Positions 44,800 through 46,724 of a stretch of DNA of 46,724 nt are shown here, one piece after another. The notes beneath the pieces were generated by a model. The model was given only the letters and a program-made list of their open reading frames with translations, was not told the DNA's origin and did no database searches. Both the position numbers and the translations under genes were made by a program. Source of the DNA: a virus (taxonomy: Duplodnaviria; Caudoviricetes); IMG/VR virus record IMGVR_UViG_3300048852_000028, positions 1 to 46,724 of that record. One strand, written 5' to 3'. Within the stretch, counting starts at the first letter, position 1; every line of letters begins with the position of its first letter.

Positions 44800-45156
44800 A
44801 TGGGCAATGCCGCCAGCCTACAAGACACAGCCCTGACCCTCGGCGGTCTCCTCTTCCTCCTCGGCGGTCTCTTCACCGTCCTCAAAGTTCGTGACTGGCT
44901 CGATGCCAGGATCAAGGCCGAGGCTGAGGAAGCCTGTCGAGAGGCGAGGGACGCTTCCGCCTCGGCTAAAGCTGCCCATGAAAAGGTGGCGCTTCTGCAA
45001 TCCGCCCTGACGGCCTACCGCGAGACACAGGCCGAACGCCTTGTCTCAAGGGAAATCCTGAGGGAGGTGGAGGATCGGCTGACTGGAGCCATCGACCGTC
45101 TCGGGGATCGCTTCGATGGATTGCTGCGCGAGGTGATCAAGCAGCGGCGGGAGTAA
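44800..45156 (+). CDS. Lysis-module membrane/coiled-coil protein
   Basis: N-terminal TM; EVEDRLTGAIDRLGDRFD. Confidence 0.7.
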   Translation: MGNAASLQDTALTLGGLLFLLGGLFTVLKVRDWLDARIKAEAEEACREARDASASAKAAHEKVALLQSALTAYRETQAERLVSREILREVEDRLTGAIDRLGDRFDGLLREVIKQRRE

Positions 45157-45252
45157 GCAGGAACTTAGAACGTCATTTTGCCGTCAAGGTTTAATGGCCA
45201 AGGTCCGGCCCATTGCAGTAGCGAGTAACTATACTACGCGGAAGCATTGCAA

Positions 45253-45285
45253 GCGCCCCGCTGGCTCACGCTGGCGGGGCTTTTG
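45253..45285. terminator. Terminator between the lysis module and a convergent gene
   Basis: GCCCCGCTG..TGGCGGGGC stem plus TTTT. Confidence 0.6.
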
Positions 45286-45616
45286 CCTCCGGCTCGGCAT
45301 AAAGCGCCTCCGGCTTGCGGCCATAGTTCACATCGAGGATGAACTTGCTCACCCGCTCTTGCCATTCGGGAAGGTGAGGGTAGCAATACATAGCTCTGGG
45401 ATGCAGGGCATAGGCCGGCATGGCATTGGGCTTCTCGCACTCCCAATCCTCGGTTAACCGGTCCACGGCCTGGTAGACAGGGTACGTCTCTCCCAGCTTC
45501 TCGATCAGCTGCGCCTTATCGAACCGGCCCTGCCGCCCGCACTTGATACACTCCACGACCAGCTTTGGGAGAGGGTAGTGCCTGAGCTGAAACGTTCGGT
45601 CGTAAGTCTTGGGCAT
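45266..45616 (-). CDS. Small Cys-containing protein, probably SOS-regulated
   Basis: VECIKCGRQGRF...LIEKLG; upstream LexA box. Confidence 0.7.
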   Translation of the reverse strand: MPKTYDRTFQLRHYPLPKLVVECIKCGRQGRFDKAQLIEKLGETYPVYQAVDRLTEDWECEKPNAMPAYALHPRAMYCYPHLPEWQERVSKFILDVNYGRKPEALYAEPEAKAPPA

Positions 45617-45632
45617 AATTCCACCGCGTCAA

Positions 45633-45647
45633 GAACAAATCGGGAAC
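45633..45647. promoter_or_regulatory. Alphaproteobacterial LexA box
   Basis: GAAC-AAATCGG-GAAC (GAAC-N7-GAAC), 16 bp upstream of the 45616 start. Confidence 0.75.
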
Positions 45648-46248
45648 ATGCTCCTCTGAGGCGTAGAGAGTCGAGCCTCATAAAAGGGCAGGGGACTGGT
45701 GGCTGTGGAAACAGTGGACAGCAGTTTGCTTTCGCGTCGCATCTCTCGCGTGCCGCAGCTTCTGTGTCGACTCCATGTTCGCATCAGCAGGCAACGAAAT
45801 TCTATAGGGCCGCATGTGGGCCCGACAAACAAGCCGACCTGCACCGGATTAACCCAGAACTGGAAGTCCCCCGGAGATCGCTGGCGGAACAAAGCTAAGC
45901 CGCCGGTAGTTGAGGCTGCCAGATTTGGTCATCGGAGGGATGTGCATTGTCTCTAGCTCTCGCCAGTCGCTCAGACCGATCAACCGCCAGCAAGAAATGG
46001 GATACTGAGATGCTGGCATACGTTGGGGCGCTTCCAGGAACGGCGCTGGGATGCATGTACGAGATCTACGAAGCCCTCTCTCATGACATAAGCACGATCG
46101 AGTCATTTGCCGAGATCTTGGGGGAAATCACAGCGGCCGCGCTCGTAGGTGCAGCTTTGTTCGCCGCAGTCTCTGCCATTCGCAATAGGCGTTTGGCCTC
46201 CTAAACTCACCGGGGACAGGCAGCGGTGTCGTGGGAGTGGGTAGTCTG

Positions 46249-46428
46249 CTAGCGACCGGCTCCAGTATTGAAGAAAAGATAAGCAACTATCGCCGCGCCG
46301 GCGATGAGGAGCACGGCAATGGCAGTCAGAGTGGGCCAGCCAATTCGGGTTTCCCGTGCCAAGCGTTCTTTCAGCTCATGCCGCTTCTGATCTAGTGCCA
46401 CATCCGTCTCTTGCTGCCCGTAAACCAT
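46249..46428 (-). CDS. Small single-TM protein
   Basis: 59 aa with C-terminal TM (TLTAIAVLLIAGAAIVAYLFF). Confidence 0.5.
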   Translation of the reverse strand: MVYGQQETDVALDQKRHELKERLARETRIGWPTLTAIAVLLIAGAAIVAYLFFNTGAGR

Positions 46429-46597
46429 TGCTGCCCCGCTAGAGATGATGCATCTCCAGCAAAATTCGCCAGGTGCGCCCTTGTCTCAGTCTAAGGGGTC
46501 GTCCGACCTAGGGGCCAGACCTTAAGAACACAGAGGGGTGCGGCACTGCGTCGTTCCAAGCCTATGGCGTCGAGGCAGAAGGGAGGGTTGAGGCCGA

Positions 46598-46673
46598 TGG
46601 GCAGGGAGGCAGGGCTTGGACACTGCATCTCTGGGAACGGGATCCCGGCGCTCTGGCGTTGAGCTACCCCCTG
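46598..46673 (-). ncRNA. Non-canonical tRNA-like RNA (76 nt, CCA end)
   Basis: CAGGGGG/CTCCCTG acceptor stem, TA, GCTC/GAGC D stem, anticodon-like and T-like arms, C-CCA. Confidence 0.65.
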
Positions 46674-46681
46674 TAGGGCCA

Positions 46682-46710
46682 GATATTCCTCCACGGCACC
46701 GCAAACGCAA
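46682..46710 (-). promoter_or_regulatory. Sigma70-like promoter for the tRNA-like RNA
   Basis: TTGCGT-N17-AATATC, placing +1 within a few nt of 46673. Confidence 0.45.
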
Positions 46711-46724
46711 TTGTACTGAGGGGG

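Larger units (their letters stand above)
1060..46724. mobile_element. Temperate siphovirus prophage (right boundary not in window)
   Basis: Full lambdoid module order from integrase to lysis, next to a tRNA-derived att. Confidence 0.95.

Noticed and set aside
46491-46710. tmRNA, attR or protein-coding interpretation of the right-end element
   Set aside because: No tag reading frame or alanine identity element seen; the sequence does not match the tRNA-Pro att core; the overlapping ORFs lack RBS or motifs
1-46724. CRISPR array, DGR/retron, IS element, invertase shufflon, true integron
   Set aside because: I found no regular repeat-spacer array, reverse transcriptase, transposase, serine invertase, IntI or attC-like sites

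Overview
Nearly the whole window (about 1060 to the right edge) is a temperate siphovirus prophage of an alphaproteobacterium. The host assignment is inferred from a GapR homolog, a GAAC-N7-GAAC LexA box and alphaproteobacterial-type sRNAs. The left att site is the 3' half of tRNA-Pro(CGG); the matching right att is not in the window. Module order: integrase/xis, early-left recombination genes (ERF, HNH), cI/cro switch with 14-bp palindromic operators, CII-like, GapR, RuvC-like, replication genes with an iteron origin, NusG-paralog antiterminator, a ~6 kb accessory region, HNH/terminase, fused protease-capsid, portal, tail, O-acyltransferase, lysis. Signals the ORF track does not explain: (1) an array of micro-gene cassettes separated by five diverged copies of the 3' end of one 37-aa gene (AE(R/K)xGLLR*), with similar duplicated gene ends beside other accessory genes; (2) two tandem host-like sRNA genes (MmgR/suhB-like and AbcR-like); (3) a promoter-equipped 76-nt non-canonical tRNA-like RNA ending in CCA; (4) an acyltransferase put out of frame by a T8 tract, and a one-base frameshift in terL. 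All family assignments come from motifs recognised by eye; no database searches were run.
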